NCBI GenBank assembly: GCA_043779265.1
Contig: JAYWEM010000001.1
Span: forward strand, 1 to 64,000
Reading direction: 5' to 3'
Length of the DNA stretch: 64,000 nt
Source of the DNA: a bacterium
Lineage (GTDB): Bacteria > Eisenbacteria > RBG-16-71-46
Shown here: one piece after another, positions 28,197 through 38,343 of the stretch
How the letters are laid out: each line of letters opens with the position of its first letter
Numbering within the stretch: the stretch's first letter is position 1
Translations under genes and position numbers: made by a program
Notes under the pieces: model-generated
Seen by the model: the letters and a program-made list of their open reading frames with translations, nothing else
Told to the model about the DNA's origin: nothing
The model's database searches: none

Positions 28197-29750
28197 TTGG
28201 CGGCTGAGACACGGGATTTCACCGAAGCGGACCGGGCCCAACTGGCCGAGCGGGGCATCTCCGAGCCCGAAGCGGCCCGTCAACTCGGGCTGCTCGCGAC
28301 TCCGCCGCCCCAGGCGGTACTCGTCCGTCCGTGCACGTTGGGCGATGGCGTACGACAGATCGAGCTCGCCGAGCGCGCTGAACTGATCGCCGCCCACGCC
28401 GAGGCCGCCTCCGCCGGGCGCATCCGTTCGTTCATCCCCGCATCGGGCGCGGCCTCGCGCATGTTCAAGGACCTGCTCGCGGCCCAGGCGCTTCCGACGT
28501 CGATCACGCCAGCCGAGGTCCGGGCTCTGGCGGCCGAGGGCCGTTCCGATGCCGCATCGCTCGCGCAACTCGCCGAGTTGCTGCCGCGCTTCGCATTCGC
28601 CGAGCGCCTCGCCGAGCAGTTGCGCTCACGTGGACTCGATCCCACGAAGGTGTCGAGCGATGGGCCGTGGCAGGCACTGCTCTCGGCGTTGCTCGATACC
28701 GACGGCCTCGACTACGCGAACGCCCCCAAGGGCCTCCTGCCGTTCCACCGCAACCATGGCGTCACGCGCACGGCGTTCGAGGAACATCTGAGAGAGGTGC
28801 CCGAAGTCGCGAGCGACAAGGCCGGGCGGGCGCGGATCCACTTCACCGTCTCGAGCGAGCATCGCGAGCGCTTCGAACGGGCGTTCGCCCGCAGTCGAGG
28901 TGCGCTCGACTTCGGCGCCAGTGTCCAGGATGTGAGCTTCTCCGAGCAACTCCCGGCGACTGACACATTGGCGGGAGCAGTCGGGGGTGGAGCATTCCGC
29001 GACGATGCGGGGCGGCTCGTGTTCCGGCCTGCGGGACATGGCGCGCTGCTCGCCAACCTCCATGCGCTCTCGGCCGACCTCGTGTTCATCAAGAACATCG
29101 ACAACGTCGCGGTGCAGGCGCTGAGAGGCGAGGGCGTGATCTGGGCCAAGCTCCTGCTGGGGTTGGTGGCGCGCTATCACGCCCGAGGCGGGGCGCTCGC
29201 TGCGAGGCTCCGCGCGGGTGATGCCTCGGCGGCGAGCGACGCGGCAGCGTTCCTCGCGGAGACCACGGGTGAAGCGCTCCCCTCGGACGCGGACGTGAAC
29301 GCCTGGTTGCTGGCACGGTTTGCGCGGCCGTGGCGCGTGGCGGGCATGGTGCCCAATACGGGCGAACCGGGCGGCGGACCCTTCTGGGTGCGCGGCGAGG
29401 GCGGCGCCGTGACGGCGCAGATCGTCGAGAGCGCCCAGGTCGACATGGGGAACCCGCAGCAAGGGGACAGATTCCGCCACGGCACGCACTTCAATCCCGT
29501 GTTCATCGCCTGCGCCCTTCGCGGTACCGACGGACAGAGCGTGACACTCGATCGCTTCGTCGATGACGCAGCCGTCATCGTGACGCGCAAATCGCATGGC
29601 GGTCGCGACCTGCTGGCGCTCGAGCGGCCGGGTCTGTGGAACGGCGCCATGGCGAGATGGAACACGGTGTTCGTCGAAGTGCCGCTCGCTGTGTTCACGC
29701 CGGTCAAGACGGTGTTCGACTTGCTGCGGCCGGAGCATCAGGGCGACTGA
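28197..29750 (+). CDS. DUF4301 family protein
   Basis: FIPASGAASRMFK, PKGLLPFH, FRPAGHGALL.NL, FIKNIDNV, GEPGGGPFW, THFNPV, LERPGLWNGAM; GGAGG before TTG start. Confidence 0.88.
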   Translation: MAAETRDFTEADRAQLAERGISEPEAARQLGLLATPPPQAVLVRPCTLGDGVRQIELAERAELIAAHAEAASAGRIRSFIPASGAASRMFKDLLAAQALPTSITPAEVRALAAEGRSDAASLAQLAELLPRFAFAERLAEQLRSRGLDPTKVSSDGPWQALLSALLDTDGLDYANAPKGLLPFHRNHGVTRTAFEEHLREVPEVASDKAGRARIHFTVSSEHRERFERAFARSRGALDFGASVQDVSFSEQLPATDTLAGAVGGGAFRDDAGRLVFRPAGHGALLANLHALSADLVFIKNIDNVAVQALRGEGVIWAKLLLGLVARYHARGGALAARLRAGDASAASDAAAFLAETTGEALPSDADVNAWLLARFARPWRVAGMVPNTGEPGGGPFWVRGEGGAVTAQIVESAQVDMGNPQQGDRFRHGTHFNPVFIACALRGTDGQSVTLDRFVDDAAVIVTRKSHGGRDLLALERPGLWNGAMARWNTVFVEVPLAVFTPVKTVFDLLRPEHQGD

Positions 29751-29769
29751 GGGGGGCTTCAGCCCGCCA

Positions 29770-31794
29770 TCAGCCGCCCATCAGTAGCACCGCACTGAGC
29801 GGCCCGGCCTCGTAGTGCGTGAGTCCCTCGAGCGGGCTGGCATCCTCGGGATCCGTCCAATCGAGGGGCGAGGCGAGTGAGGTGTCGGCGAGCCGCTTCC
29901 AACCCTCGCCCGCGTCGGGCGAGGGCAGTTCGAAGCGGCCGGCCTCGCCCGCTCCATTGAGGATCAGCAGCAGGTCGCGTTCGCCTTCGAGCCCGACCAA
30001 CTGCATGACGAGCTGCCTCGAGTGATCCGACCAGTCGGCGTGCATCGCGCGCTCGCCGTGCCACATGACCGAGCCCGGGCCGGCGTGCGAGTGATCGAAC
30101 CAGTCGCGTCGCCTCAGGCTGGGCGTGGCGCGGCGCAGCCGCATCAGCCCCCGCACGAAGCGATGGAACGCGTCACGCTCGCGGCTCGGGCTCCAGTCGA
30201 ACCAGAAGCCGGGGGAGTCCTGGCAGTAGGGATTGTTGTTGCCCTGCTGGGTGCGAAGCCGGTCGTCGCCGTAGAGCCAGAGGACCGAGCCCTGCGAGCA
30301 CAATTGCGTGATGGCGAGATTGCGCGCCCGCCTCAGTCGCACCTGCCGGATGTGCGCGTCCGCGGTCGGGCCCTCGTGCCCGGAGTTCCAACTCATGTGG
30401 TCGTCCGTGCCGTCGCGGTTGTCCTCGCCATTGGCCATGTTGTGCTTGCGCTCGTAGCTGACCAGGTCGGCGAGCGTGTAGCCATCGTGCGAGGTGAGGA
30501 AGTTGGTGCTGTGCCCCGGGCGTCTCGCTCCGGCGTACAGGTCACTCGATCCGGTGAGTCGCGTGCCGAGAGGTCCCACATGCCCGATGCCCGTCCAGAA
30601 GCGCCGCACGTCGTCGCGGAATCGACCGTTCAACTCGGCCCAGCGACCGTGGTGCGGGAAGCGCCCGACCTGATAGGCGCCGATGTCCCAGGCTTCCGCG
30701 ATCAGCTTGCAGTGCGCCAGCCGCGGATCCTCCGAGATGCGGCGGATCAGTGGCGGATCGCTCAGCTCGCGGCCCTCGGTGTCCCGCGTCAGCGTCGTCG
30801 CGAGATCGAACCGGAAGCCATCCACTCGCAGCACGTTCGCCCAGTGGACGAGCGCTTCGACGATCTGGTCCTGCATCACGTCGCTCTGGCAGGCCACGGT
30901 GTGGCCGCAGCCCGTCGTGTCACGGTCGCGGCCCTCGCCATCGACCAGGTAGTAGCCCGGTCGATCGAAGCCCTTCCAGCTCAGCGCCGGCTGCGCCCGG
31001 CTGCCCTCGCCCGTGTGATTGAACACCACATCGAGCAGCACCTCGATCGAGGCGGTGTGGCAGGCGCGCACCAGCGTGCGGAACTCATCGAGGGCGCCCT
31101 GCGCGGTTCCCGCCGCGCTGTAGCCGGTCTTGAGTGCGAAGAACGACAGCGGATCGTAGCCCCACACATTGAGCAGTCGCTCGCCCGTCAGGGGATTCGT
31201 TCGGCTGATGGCGGTCTCATCGAACTCGGCGACCGGCATCAACTGGATCGCCGTCACGCCGAGATCGATCAATCGCGGCAGCACCTCGATCAGTCCGAGG
31301 TAGGTGCCGGGGTGCGCGACGCCGCTCGAGGGGTGCCGCGTGAACGATCGCACGTGCGTCTCGTGGATGATCGTGTCGGCGAGCGGCGTGTCCGGATGTC
31401 GATCGCCCTGCCAGTCGAACGCCAGCTCCGCGATCTGCGAGCGGAGCGAACGGCCCGAGGGCTCCCGCTGCCCCCACGACTCGCCACCCGCGACGAGAAG
31501 GCCGCAGGGATCGAGCAGCAGGGCGCTCGGGTCGAATCCCTCGCGAGGGCCCGCAGGACCCGCGAGTCGCCAGCCGTACTGTTGGCCGACCGTCGCTCCG
31601 GGCACGTGCACCTGCCACAGTCCGGACACGCTGCGGTGCGAGTCCTCGAGCGCGATCTCGCGGTCGGGGTTGCCGGAGCGATCGAACAGCTGCAGTCGCA
31701 CCGAGGTGGCATTCGGCGCATGCACGCGGAAGTGCACGCCATCTGGAGTCCGCTCGCTTCCCGGTCGAGTCACGTGCGTGAGCCTAGCGGCCAC
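29770..31794 (-). CDS. glgX: Glycogen debranching enzyme (isoamylase, GH13)
   Basis: NVWGYDP, DVVFNHTGEG, DGFRFDLA, LIAEAWD, SHDGYTLADLV, QQGNNNPYCQD. Confidence 0.92.
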   Translation of the reverse strand: MAARLTHVTRPGSERTPDGVHFRVHAPNATSVRLQLFDRSGNPDREIALEDSHRSVSGLWQVHVPGATVGQQYGWRLAGPAGPREGFDPSALLLDPCGLLVAGGESWGQREPSGRSLRSQIAELAFDWQGDRHPDTPLADTIIHETHVRSFTRHPSSGVAHPGTYLGLIEVLPRLIDLGVTAIQLMPVAEFDETAISRTNPLTGERLLNVWGYDPLSFFALKTGYSAAGTAQGALDEFRTLVRACHTASIEVLLDVVFNHTGEGSRAQPALSWKGFDRPGYYLVDGEGRDRDTTGCGHTVACQSDVMQDQIVEALVHWANVLRVDGFRFDLATTLTRDTEGRELSDPPLIRRISEDPRLAHCKLIAEAWDIGAYQVGRFPHHGRWAELNGRFRDDVRRFWTGIGHVGPLGTRLTGSSDLYAGARRPGHSTNFLTSHDGYTLADLVSYERKHNMANGEDNRDGTDDHMSWNSGHEGPTADAHIRQVRLRRARNLAITQLCSQGSVLWLYGDDRLRTQQGNNNPYCQDSPGFWFDWSPSRERDAFHRFVRGLMRLRRATPSLRRRDWFDHSHAGPGSVMWHGERAMHADWSDHSRQLVMQLVGLEGERDLLLILNGAGEAGRFELPSPDAGEGWKRLADTSLASPLDWTDPEDASPLEGLTHYEAGPLSAVLLMGG

Positions 31795-31827
31795 GTGCGG
31801 GAGGTGCCAACGGGCAAGTCCGGTGCT

Positions 31828-34338
31828 TCAGCGGAGTCGCGCGATGCGCGTCGAGCGCACGCCCGTCTCCGTCACGAGCCTCGCCAGATAGAGGCCCGGC
31901 GCGAGCAGGCGGCCATCCGCGCCACGCCCATCCCAGCGCACGAGATGCTCGCCCGGGGCATGAACGCCGCGGGCGAGTGAGGCGACTTCGCGACCGGCCA
32001 GATCATGCACGCTCAGCGAAGCCGCGCCCGCTCGCGCCAGCGAGAAGCGCAGCGTCGTCTCGCCCGATGCTGGATTCGGCCACGGCGCCGAGAGTCGGAG
32101 CGAGCGATCCGACAAGGCGGACGGCGCATCCACCAGCGCGGCGGGGCCCAGCACCAGCAGGCCCATCGCGGGCAGCGCGACCTCGATCGACTGATTGAAG
32201 CCGTCCCACGAGATCGGTTCGGTCGAGAGCAGTCCTGGGTTCACGGGGCCGGCTCCCATGTAGGCCGGGGCCTGGCTGTTCACCAACTCGCTCCATCCGC
32301 CCGCGATCGGCATGCCGACTCGCACCGTGAGCGGGCTGTTGGCGAACGAGGCGATCACCATGACCGACTGGCCGCTGCCATCGAAGCGGCGGAAGGCGAT
32401 CCAGTTGGCGCCCTCATCGACCCGCGACACGTAGATGCTGCTGGAGGCGCGCAGCGGCGCGATCGATCGCCGAAGCTGCATCAGCTGCTGGTGATAGGCG
32501 AAGATGCCCGCGTAGGTCGTCTTCTTGCCCCAGTCGATGCGGTTGCCGGGATCCGTGCCGAAGTCAGCGCTCTCGAGCCACTCGTCACCCTGCAGCAGCG
32601 CCGGGACGCCGGGAGCGGTGAGCAGGAGTCCGGTCGCGAGCTTCATGCGGCCCTTGGCGTACTGGTCGTCGTGCGGGGCCGTGGTGTCGATGGTCTTCAC
32701 CAGCCGCTGTCCGCCACTCGTCGGCCAGGCCTCGTCGTGGAGCTGGAAGTAGTTGAGCGCCTTGCGCCCGCTGATCGCCGCGCCGCTGCCCAACAGCGCC
32801 GAGCGGATCGAGTTCATGTTCGGGTCGCCAAGGCCCGCCGCGAGGATCGCTCCCCGCACCGCGTCACGGAACTGCATGTGGTACTGCGCATCGAACCCGG
32901 CACCGCCGCCCGACGTGGGCGAGGAGGTGGCGGCATTGTTCGGCAACTGCTCCGCGACGACGAACGCCTCGCCGCGGCGGCGGTCGATCTCATCATTCAT
33001 CCGCTGCATCAGCGACCAGCCGGCGGCCGACTGCGCGCCGATCGTCATGTACGACGTGGCGTCCATGCGGAAGCCGTCCAGCCGGTACTCCTCCAACCAC
33101 AGCAGCGCACTGTCCGCGAAGTAGTCGCGCACCGCGGCGCGATCGAAGTCCGCCTGGGCACCCCACGGCGTGTCGATGTGCGGCGTGTCGAAGTACTGTT
33201 GCGAGCCGTCGTAGTTCCACAGCCAGTTGCTGTCGACCGTGAAGTGGTTCCACACGATGTCGAGCGTGACCGCGATGCCGTTCGCGTGGAAGCGGTCCAC
33301 CATGTACTTGAGGTCATCCGGCGTCCCGTACTTCCACTCGGCGGCCCACTGGGTGATCGGGTTGTAGCCCGCCGAGAGGTCGCCGGGGAACTCGGTGATG
33401 GGACACAGCTGCACGCAGTTGATGCCGAGCGCCGCCAACTGGGGGGCGCGATCGCCCGCCGCCCGGTAGCCGCTCGGATGCGCGACGCCGCCCTGGGGAT
33501 CGTTGAGGCCCGAGAACGTGCCCAAGTGGAGCTGATAGACGATGAGCGATTCGGCATCCGGGGTCACGAATGAATCGCTCGTCCACACATAGCGCAGCGG
33601 ATCCTCGATGTGCGTGTTGCGATCGCTCTGCGCGTTCAGCGAGCGGCCGCGTGCGTCCATGTTCCACGTCAGGTTGTTGAAGAAGTACTTGTACTCCGAA
33701 CGATCCGCGACGCCCGCGGCACGCACCACGAAGTGCTCGCCCTGTTTGATCATCGGGGTGCCGAGTCCCCACGCGTTGAAAGCGCCTCGGACATGGGCTG
33801 TCGTGCTGGTGGGCGCCCAGACCTTGAAGACCGCGCCGCTTCCGCTCACCCGCGTCGCTCCGACCGGAGCGTGCGACAGCGTCGCGAAGTCGACGACGAA
33901 GTCGCTCCCGACCGGCACGCCGTCGGTGACGCCTGCGAACGAGAGGTAGTCGAGGTCGCCGCCGTCCTGGAGCTCGACGTGATACGTCACGAGTGCGGTC
34001 GGCAGCGTCGCCGGCACGTTCGCCGACCAGATGTCGTAGAACCCGCGCGTGCCCACCTTGGCCGCCTCGATCACCACCGGCGCCCCGGCCACGGTGGCGC
34101 GGACCCGGGCCGAGCTCAGGTCATTGCGGTAGGCCTGGAATCGGACCGCGAAGGATTCGCCATCGACCGGGCAGAGCGGGCGGCGATCGAGACGCTCGAT
34201 ATGCGAGAGCCCATTCCACTCGATGTTCCCGTCATTGCCGGCCGCGTGCGCCGCCTGCATTCCAGCCGGCAGAAGGGCCAGCCCCGCGATCAGCAGGGGC
34301 AGGGCGAGCGAAGCGTCTCGAGCGCGCGGTCGGGGCAT
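31828..34338 (-). CDS. Secreted GH13 alpha-glucan-active enzyme with CBM48-like module and C-terminal FlgD-Ig/T9SS-like domain
   Basis: Signal peptide (…AAHA); FKVWAP; DIVWNH, DGFRMDA, VAEQ, LHDE catalytic regions; PNPASG...WDGR...PGLYLARL. Confidence 0.85.
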   Translation of the reverse strand: MPRPRARDASLALPLLIAGLALLPAGMQAAHAAGNDGNIEWNGLSHIERLDRRPLCPVDGESFAVRFQAYRNDLSSARVRATVAGAPVVIEAAKVGTRGFYDIWSANVPATLPTALVTYHVELQDGGDLDYLSFAGVTDGVPVGSDFVVDFATLSHAPVGATRVSGSGAVFKVWAPTSTTAHVRGAFNAWGLGTPMIKQGEHFVVRAAGVADRSEYKYFFNNLTWNMDARGRSLNAQSDRNTHIEDPLRYVWTSDSFVTPDAESLIVYQLHLGTFSGLNDPQGGVAHPSGYRAAGDRAPQLAALGINCVQLCPITEFPGDLSAGYNPITQWAAEWKYGTPDDLKYMVDRFHANGIAVTLDIVWNHFTVDSNWLWNYDGSQQYFDTPHIDTPWGAQADFDRAAVRDYFADSALLWLEEYRLDGFRMDATSYMTIGAQSAAGWSLMQRMNDEIDRRRGEAFVVAEQLPNNAATSSPTSGGGAGFDAQYHMQFRDAVRGAILAAGLGDPNMNSIRSALLGSGAAISGRKALNYFQLHDEAWPTSGGQRLVKTIDTTAPHDDQYAKGRMKLATGLLLTAPGVPALLQGDEWLESADFGTDPGNRIDWGKKTTYAGIFAYHQQLMQLRRSIAPLRASSSIYVSRVDEGANWIAFRRFDGSGQSVMVIASFANSPLTVRVGMPIAGGWSELVNSQAPAYMGAGPVNPGLLSTEPISWDGFNQSIEVALPAMGLLVLGPAALVDAPSALSDRSLRLSAPWPNPASGETTLRFSLARAGAASLSVHDLAGREVASLARGVHAPGEHLVRWDGRGADGRLLAPGLYLARLVTETGVRSTRIARLR

Positions 34339-34461
34339 GGGCAGGTCCTCAGCGAAGGTGGATGCAGCCGCGTTGGGGGGGTGAGTCTGACAGAACGACG
34401 GAACCCCGGTCCAGAAGGACCGGGGCCCGTGTGTGTCCGTTCCACCACTAGAGGGCCGCAC

Positions 34462-34998
34462 TCACATGGACGGAACGAACGACAGCGAAGCGGAGTTGAT
34501 GCAATAGCGCAGACCGGTGGGATCTGGTCCGTCATCGAAAACGTGGCCCAGGTGGCCCTCGCAGCGAGCGCATTCGACTTCGATGGCCATCCCACCGAAG
34601 TGGGCATCGGGTTTCTCGATCACGTGCGCGGCGGCGATGGGTTTCCAGAAGCTCGGCCAGCCGGTCCGTGAGTCGAACTTGGTCTTCGAGCTGAACAGTC
34701 GGAGTCCACACCCGGCGCAACGGAACATGCCGGAGCGGTACTCCTTCCAATAGGCACCCGTGAAAGCGTGTTCGGTGCCCTCCTCGCGGAGGACGCGGAA
34801 CTGCTCGTCGTCCAGCCGCGCCCTCCATTGCTCCGGCGTGAGCTGCAATTGCCCCACGGCGGAGTCACGCTTCGCGGACACCGAGGCGCGCTCACCCTTA
34901 CCGGCGGTCGCCTTCGATGCCGCGTGGACGCTGAAACCCAACGCCAGCGCGATCAGCGCGGCGGCGGTCAGCAGTCCCATCGAGAATCGGATCTTCAA
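34462..34998 (-). CDS. msrB: Peptide-methionine (R)-S-oxide reductase with N-terminal signal/anchor (start uncertain; 35013 also possible)
   Basis: GTE.AF, KFDS.TGWPSF, GHLGHVFDDGP.PTGLRYCINS; AAGGAG before TTG. Confidence 0.92.
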   Translation of the reverse strand: MKIRFSMGLLTAAALIALALGFSVHAASKATAGKGERASVSAKRDSAVGQLQLTPEQWRARLDDEQFRVLREEGTEHAFTGAYWKEYRSGMFRCAGCGLRLFSSKTKFDSRTGWPSFWKPIAAAHVIEKPDAHFGGMAIEVECARCEGHLGHVFDDGPDPTGLRYCINSASLSFVPSM

Positions 34999-35169
34999 GG
35001 TCGTCTCCTTCATTCGCGGGGCGGGGTGCTTCTCGCCCTCGTTCACTCTACGAAGAAGTGTGACGATTGAGATGCGCCAGTCGCTTCAGGATTGTCCCGG
35101 CCGGGTGAAATCCGCCCGAAGTTCAGGCAGCGTGAACCGGGAGCGGGCGACTCGCTGCCATCCGGTGAC

Positions 35170-35811
35170 TCAGGCGGCGGAGGCCAGGTCGTTGCGACGC
35201 ACGTAGAGATCCATCTCATCGCGCGTGAATTCCTCCCACAGGCGGCCACTGTCGTGCAGCTGCACGAACGCATTGACCACATCGGGGAAGAACTGGGTGC
35301 CGGCGTGGCGCTTGAGTTCGTCGCATGCGGCACGAGGCGAGAGTCCCCGGCGGTAGGGGCGGTCCTCGGTCATGGCGTCATAAGCGGCACACGCCATCAC
35401 GATGCGCGCTCCGACCGGGATGCGATCGGCCGACAGCTTCGAAGGATACCCGGCGCCATCCGGTCGCTCGTGATGAGCGAGCACGATCTCGGCGGCGACC
35501 TCGAGACCCGGGATGTCCTTGAGCATCTCCCAGCCGATCGTCGGGTGGGTCTGCACCATCGCGCGCTCGGCCGGATCCAAGGCCCTCGGGCGAAGCAGAA
35601 CGTCGTTGAGGATCGCGTTGCGACCGAGGTCGTGGAGCATGGCACCCAGCTCGATGTCGAGCAGCTCATCGCCGGGGACGCCCAACTCGCGCGCCACTCG
35701 AACGGAGTACCGCGCCATGCGCAGCGAGCGACCGCGGGTGGTGGACTCGCTGGCGTCGATGACCGACGTCAGGGCGCGGACGGTGAGCGAGAGGGGTGTG
35801 CGCGGGTCCAT
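35170..35811 (-). CDS. Stand-alone HD-GYP domain protein
   Basis: LHDLGR, HHERPDGAGYP, YDAMTEDRPYR, GTQFFP; GGAGG RBS. Confidence 0.9.
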   Translation of the reverse strand: MDPRTPLSLTVRALTSVIDASESTTRGRSLRMARYSVRVARELGVPGDELLDIELGAMLHDLGRNAILNDVLLRPRALDPAERAMVQTHPTIGWEMLKDIPGLEVAAEIVLAHHERPDGAGYPSKLSADRIPVGARIVMACAAYDAMTEDRPYRRGLSPRAACDELKRHAGTQFFPDVVNAFVQLHDSGRLWEEFTRDEMDLYVRRNDLASAA

Positions 35812-35869
35812 GGGTCCTCCGGGCGAGGCGGGCCGAGAAACGGACCGCGTCTCAGTGGGTTCCCACGCG

Positions 35870-35897
35870 GTATCGGCCACGTCGGCACCGGACTTCA
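35870..35897 (-). promoter_or_regulatory. sigma28-like promoter of HD-GYP gene
   Basis: Minus strand TGAAG-N15-GCCGATAC. Confidence 0.6.
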
Positions 35898-35936
35898 GCC
35901 CCCTCGAAGGAGGGGCGCACCGGCGCATGGAATCAC

Positions 35937-35964
35937 TCAAGCCATTCCGCTCAAGTGCCGATTT
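35937..35964 (+). promoter_or_regulatory. sigma28-like promoter of GAF-HD-GYP gene
   Basis: TCAAG-N15-GCCGATTT, ending 10 nt before ATG 35975. Confidence 0.6.
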
Positions 35965-35974
35965 CACCGGCATC

Positions 35975-37216
35975 ATGGCCCAGCCCCAGCCCCCAGATCC
36001 CCTGCGTCCGGATCGCCTCTCGCCTCAGGCCGAGGAGGCGGCGGATCACACCATCCTCGCGGCGCGTCCCATCTCCGAATGGGTCGACGTGCAGGGGAAG
36101 GTGGTGCGCTCGGATGCCCGCATCGCCGAGCTGATGCTGGGACTGGTGAGCGAGACCTCCGCGGCCCGCACGGACGAGCGTCGGCTGCTCGAGGTCATCG
36201 CCGACTTCGCCTTCCGTGCCTTTCCCAATGCGACGCATCATCTGCTGATCGCGCTCGAGGACGATGCCGTGCTGCGTCCCCTGCTCGCGCGTACGCGAGG
36301 TGGTGGGCCGGCGCCGGCCACGATCAGCCGGACGCTCGTCCAGCGCGTGCTGGCCGATCGCCAGGCGATGCTGGTGGCGCATGGGCAGGGAGCCTTCGAT
36401 CCGACGCAGAGCATGGTGCTGTCCCAGATGGAGACCGCCATCGCGGCGCCGCTGCTTGGCAGCCGGCTGCCGCTGGGTGTCATCCAGATGGACATCCGCC
36501 GTCCGGGTAAAGGCCGTTTCGGTCGCGAGGACCTGGACCTCCTGTCGGTCTTCGCCAGCCAGGCCGCGCTGGCGCTGGAACATCTTCGGATGCATCAGCA
36601 GCAGCGGCGCGCGTTCCAGAGCACGATCGGTGCGCTGGTGCACTCCCTCACGCTCAAGGACCCGGATGCGGCGCTCCACAGCGAGCGCGTCCAGGCCGTC
36701 GCCGTCGCGATCGGACAGCACCTCGGACTGACCGGGGACTCACTGCAGATCCTCTCGGTGGCCGCGCTGTTGCACGATCTCGGCAAGCAGGGTGTCCGCG
36801 ATGAGGTGCTGTTCAAGGCGGGCCGGCTCACCGAGAACGAGCGCGCCGAGATGGATCATCACGCCGCTTACACGCAGACCATCCTCGACAAGATCGAGTA
36901 CCCCGAGGAGCTTCGCGATGTGCCGCGGATCGCCGCCTACCATCACGAGAAGCTCGACGGCACCGGTCCCTTCGGGGTGGCGGGCGAGGACATCCCGATG
37001 GCGGCGCGCATCATCTCCGTCGCCGATGTGTTCGACGCGCTGATCTCGCCTCGCGTCTACAAGCAGCCGCTCGCTCCGGCCGCGGTGCTCGACGTGCTCG
37101 AGCGCGGACGCGACGTGGACTGGGACGGCAGCATCATCGATGCCCTGCGCAGCGTCGTGCTGAACGTGCTCGAGGAGACGTACGGCATGGACGAGGACGG
37201 GCAGCTGGCCGCCTGA
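35975..37216 (+). CDS. GAF + HD-GYP domain protein (start may be 35927)
   Basis: AIAAPL...GVIQMD...F..EDLDLL..FASQAA GAF; HSERV, LHDLGK, HHEKLDGTG, ADVFDAL.SPRVYK. Confidence 0.9.
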   Translation: MAQPQPPDPLRPDRLSPQAEEAADHTILAARPISEWVDVQGKVVRSDARIAELMLGLVSETSAARTDERRLLEVIADFAFRAFPNATHHLLIALEDDAVLRPLLARTRGGGPAPATISRTLVQRVLADRQAMLVAHGQGAFDPTQSMVLSQMETAIAAPLLGSRLPLGVIQMDIRRPGKGRFGREDLDLLSVFASQAALALEHLRMHQQQRRAFQSTIGALVHSLTLKDPDAALHSERVQAVAVAIGQHLGLTGDSLQILSVAALLHDLGKQGVRDEVLFKAGRLTENERAEMDHHAAYTQTILDKIEYPEELRDVPRIAAYHHEKLDGTGPFGVAGEDIPMAARIISVADVFDALISPRVYKQPLAPAAVLDVLERGRDVDWDGSIIDALRSVVLNVLEETYGMDEDGQLAA

Positions 37217-37269
37217 GGCTGTGGGGGCAGTGCTGAATCGGGGCTTCCGAAGATGGAAGCGCGCGGCGC

Positions 37270-38343
37270 TCAGGCGGCCTGTTCGGTCCCGTTGATGTGA
37301 CGCTCGAACCGGGTCCGATCGACGGAGTGCTCGTAGGCTTCCTCGCCGGTGATCAACTCACGGCGGACCATGTCCTCGAGCTGCGCGTCGAGCGACTGCA
37401 TGCCGACGCGGCCACCCGCCTGGATCGCGGACGGCAGCTTGTGCGTGTTGCCCTGGCGGATCATGGCGCTGACCGCGGTCGTGTTGACCAGCACCTCGGC
37501 CGCCACCATCCGGCCCGTCTGGTCGGTCTTGCGCACGAGCTGCTGCGCCACGACGAGTCGCAGCGAATCGGACAGCATGGTGCGGATCTGATCCTGCCGA
37601 CGGGGCGGGAACACGTTGATGATGCGGTCCACCGATCGCACGGCGCCGTTGGTGTGCAGCGTGCCGAGCACGAAAATGCCGGTCTCGGCGGCGGTGAGCG
37701 CCAGGCTCATCGTCTCGAGATCGCGCATCTCACCCACGAGGATGACATCGGGGTCTTCGCGAACGGAGGCGCGCAGCGCCTCGGCGAAACTCGGGGCGTC
37801 GCGACCGATCTCGCGCTGCGTGATCACCGACTGCTGGAACTCGTGCACGTACTCGATCGGGTCCTCGATCGTGAGGATGTGGCCACGACGCGTGCGGTTG
37901 AGATGGTCGATCATGCCGGCGAGTGTGGTCGACTTGCCGGATCCGGTCGGGCCGGTCACCAGCACGAGGCCCTTGCCGACGGCCAGGACCTGCTGCACGA
38001 CCGCGGGCAACCCGAGCGTCTCGAGCGGCGGGACCTGGCTCGAGATCCGGCGCATCGCCGCAGCGATGCCGCCGGTATGCAGGTAGACATTGACGCGGAA
38101 GCGTCCGGCGGTCTCGCACTCGTAGGCGAAGTCGACCGCGCATCGCTCGTCCAACTGTCGGCGATGATCGTCGGTCATGAACTCGTTGAGGAAATCGCGG
38201 ACGTCCTGCTCGGAGAGCTCGCGGAACCGCACGGGCTGGAGATTGCCGTGGATGCGGATGCGCGGCGCCTGTCCCGAGACCAAGTGGAGGTCGGAGCCGC
38301 CTTGATTCACCGCGAGCTCGAGGAATGCGTCGATCCGGTTCAT
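37270..38343 (-). CDS. pilT: PilT/PilU-family retraction ATPase
   Basis: SDLHL, GRFRVN, GPTGSGKSTTLA, TIEDPIE, REDPDVILVGEMRD, GTLH. Confidence 0.92.
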   Translation of the reverse strand: MNRIDAFLELAVNQGGSDLHLVSGQAPRIRIHGNLQPVRFRELSEQDVRDFLNEFMTDDHRRQLDERCAVDFAYECETAGRFRVNVYLHTGGIAAAMRRISSQVPPLETLGLPAVVQQVLAVGKGLVLVTGPTGSGKSTTLAGMIDHLNRTRRGHILTIEDPIEYVHEFQQSVITQREIGRDAPSFAEALRASVREDPDVILVGEMRDLETMSLALTAAETGIFVLGTLHTNGAVRSVDRIINVFPPRRQDQIRTMLSDSLRLVVAQQLVRKTDQTGRMVAAEVLVNTTAVSAMIRQGNTHKLPSAIQAGGRVGMQSLDAQLEDMVRRELITGEEAYEHSVDRTRFERHINGTEQAA

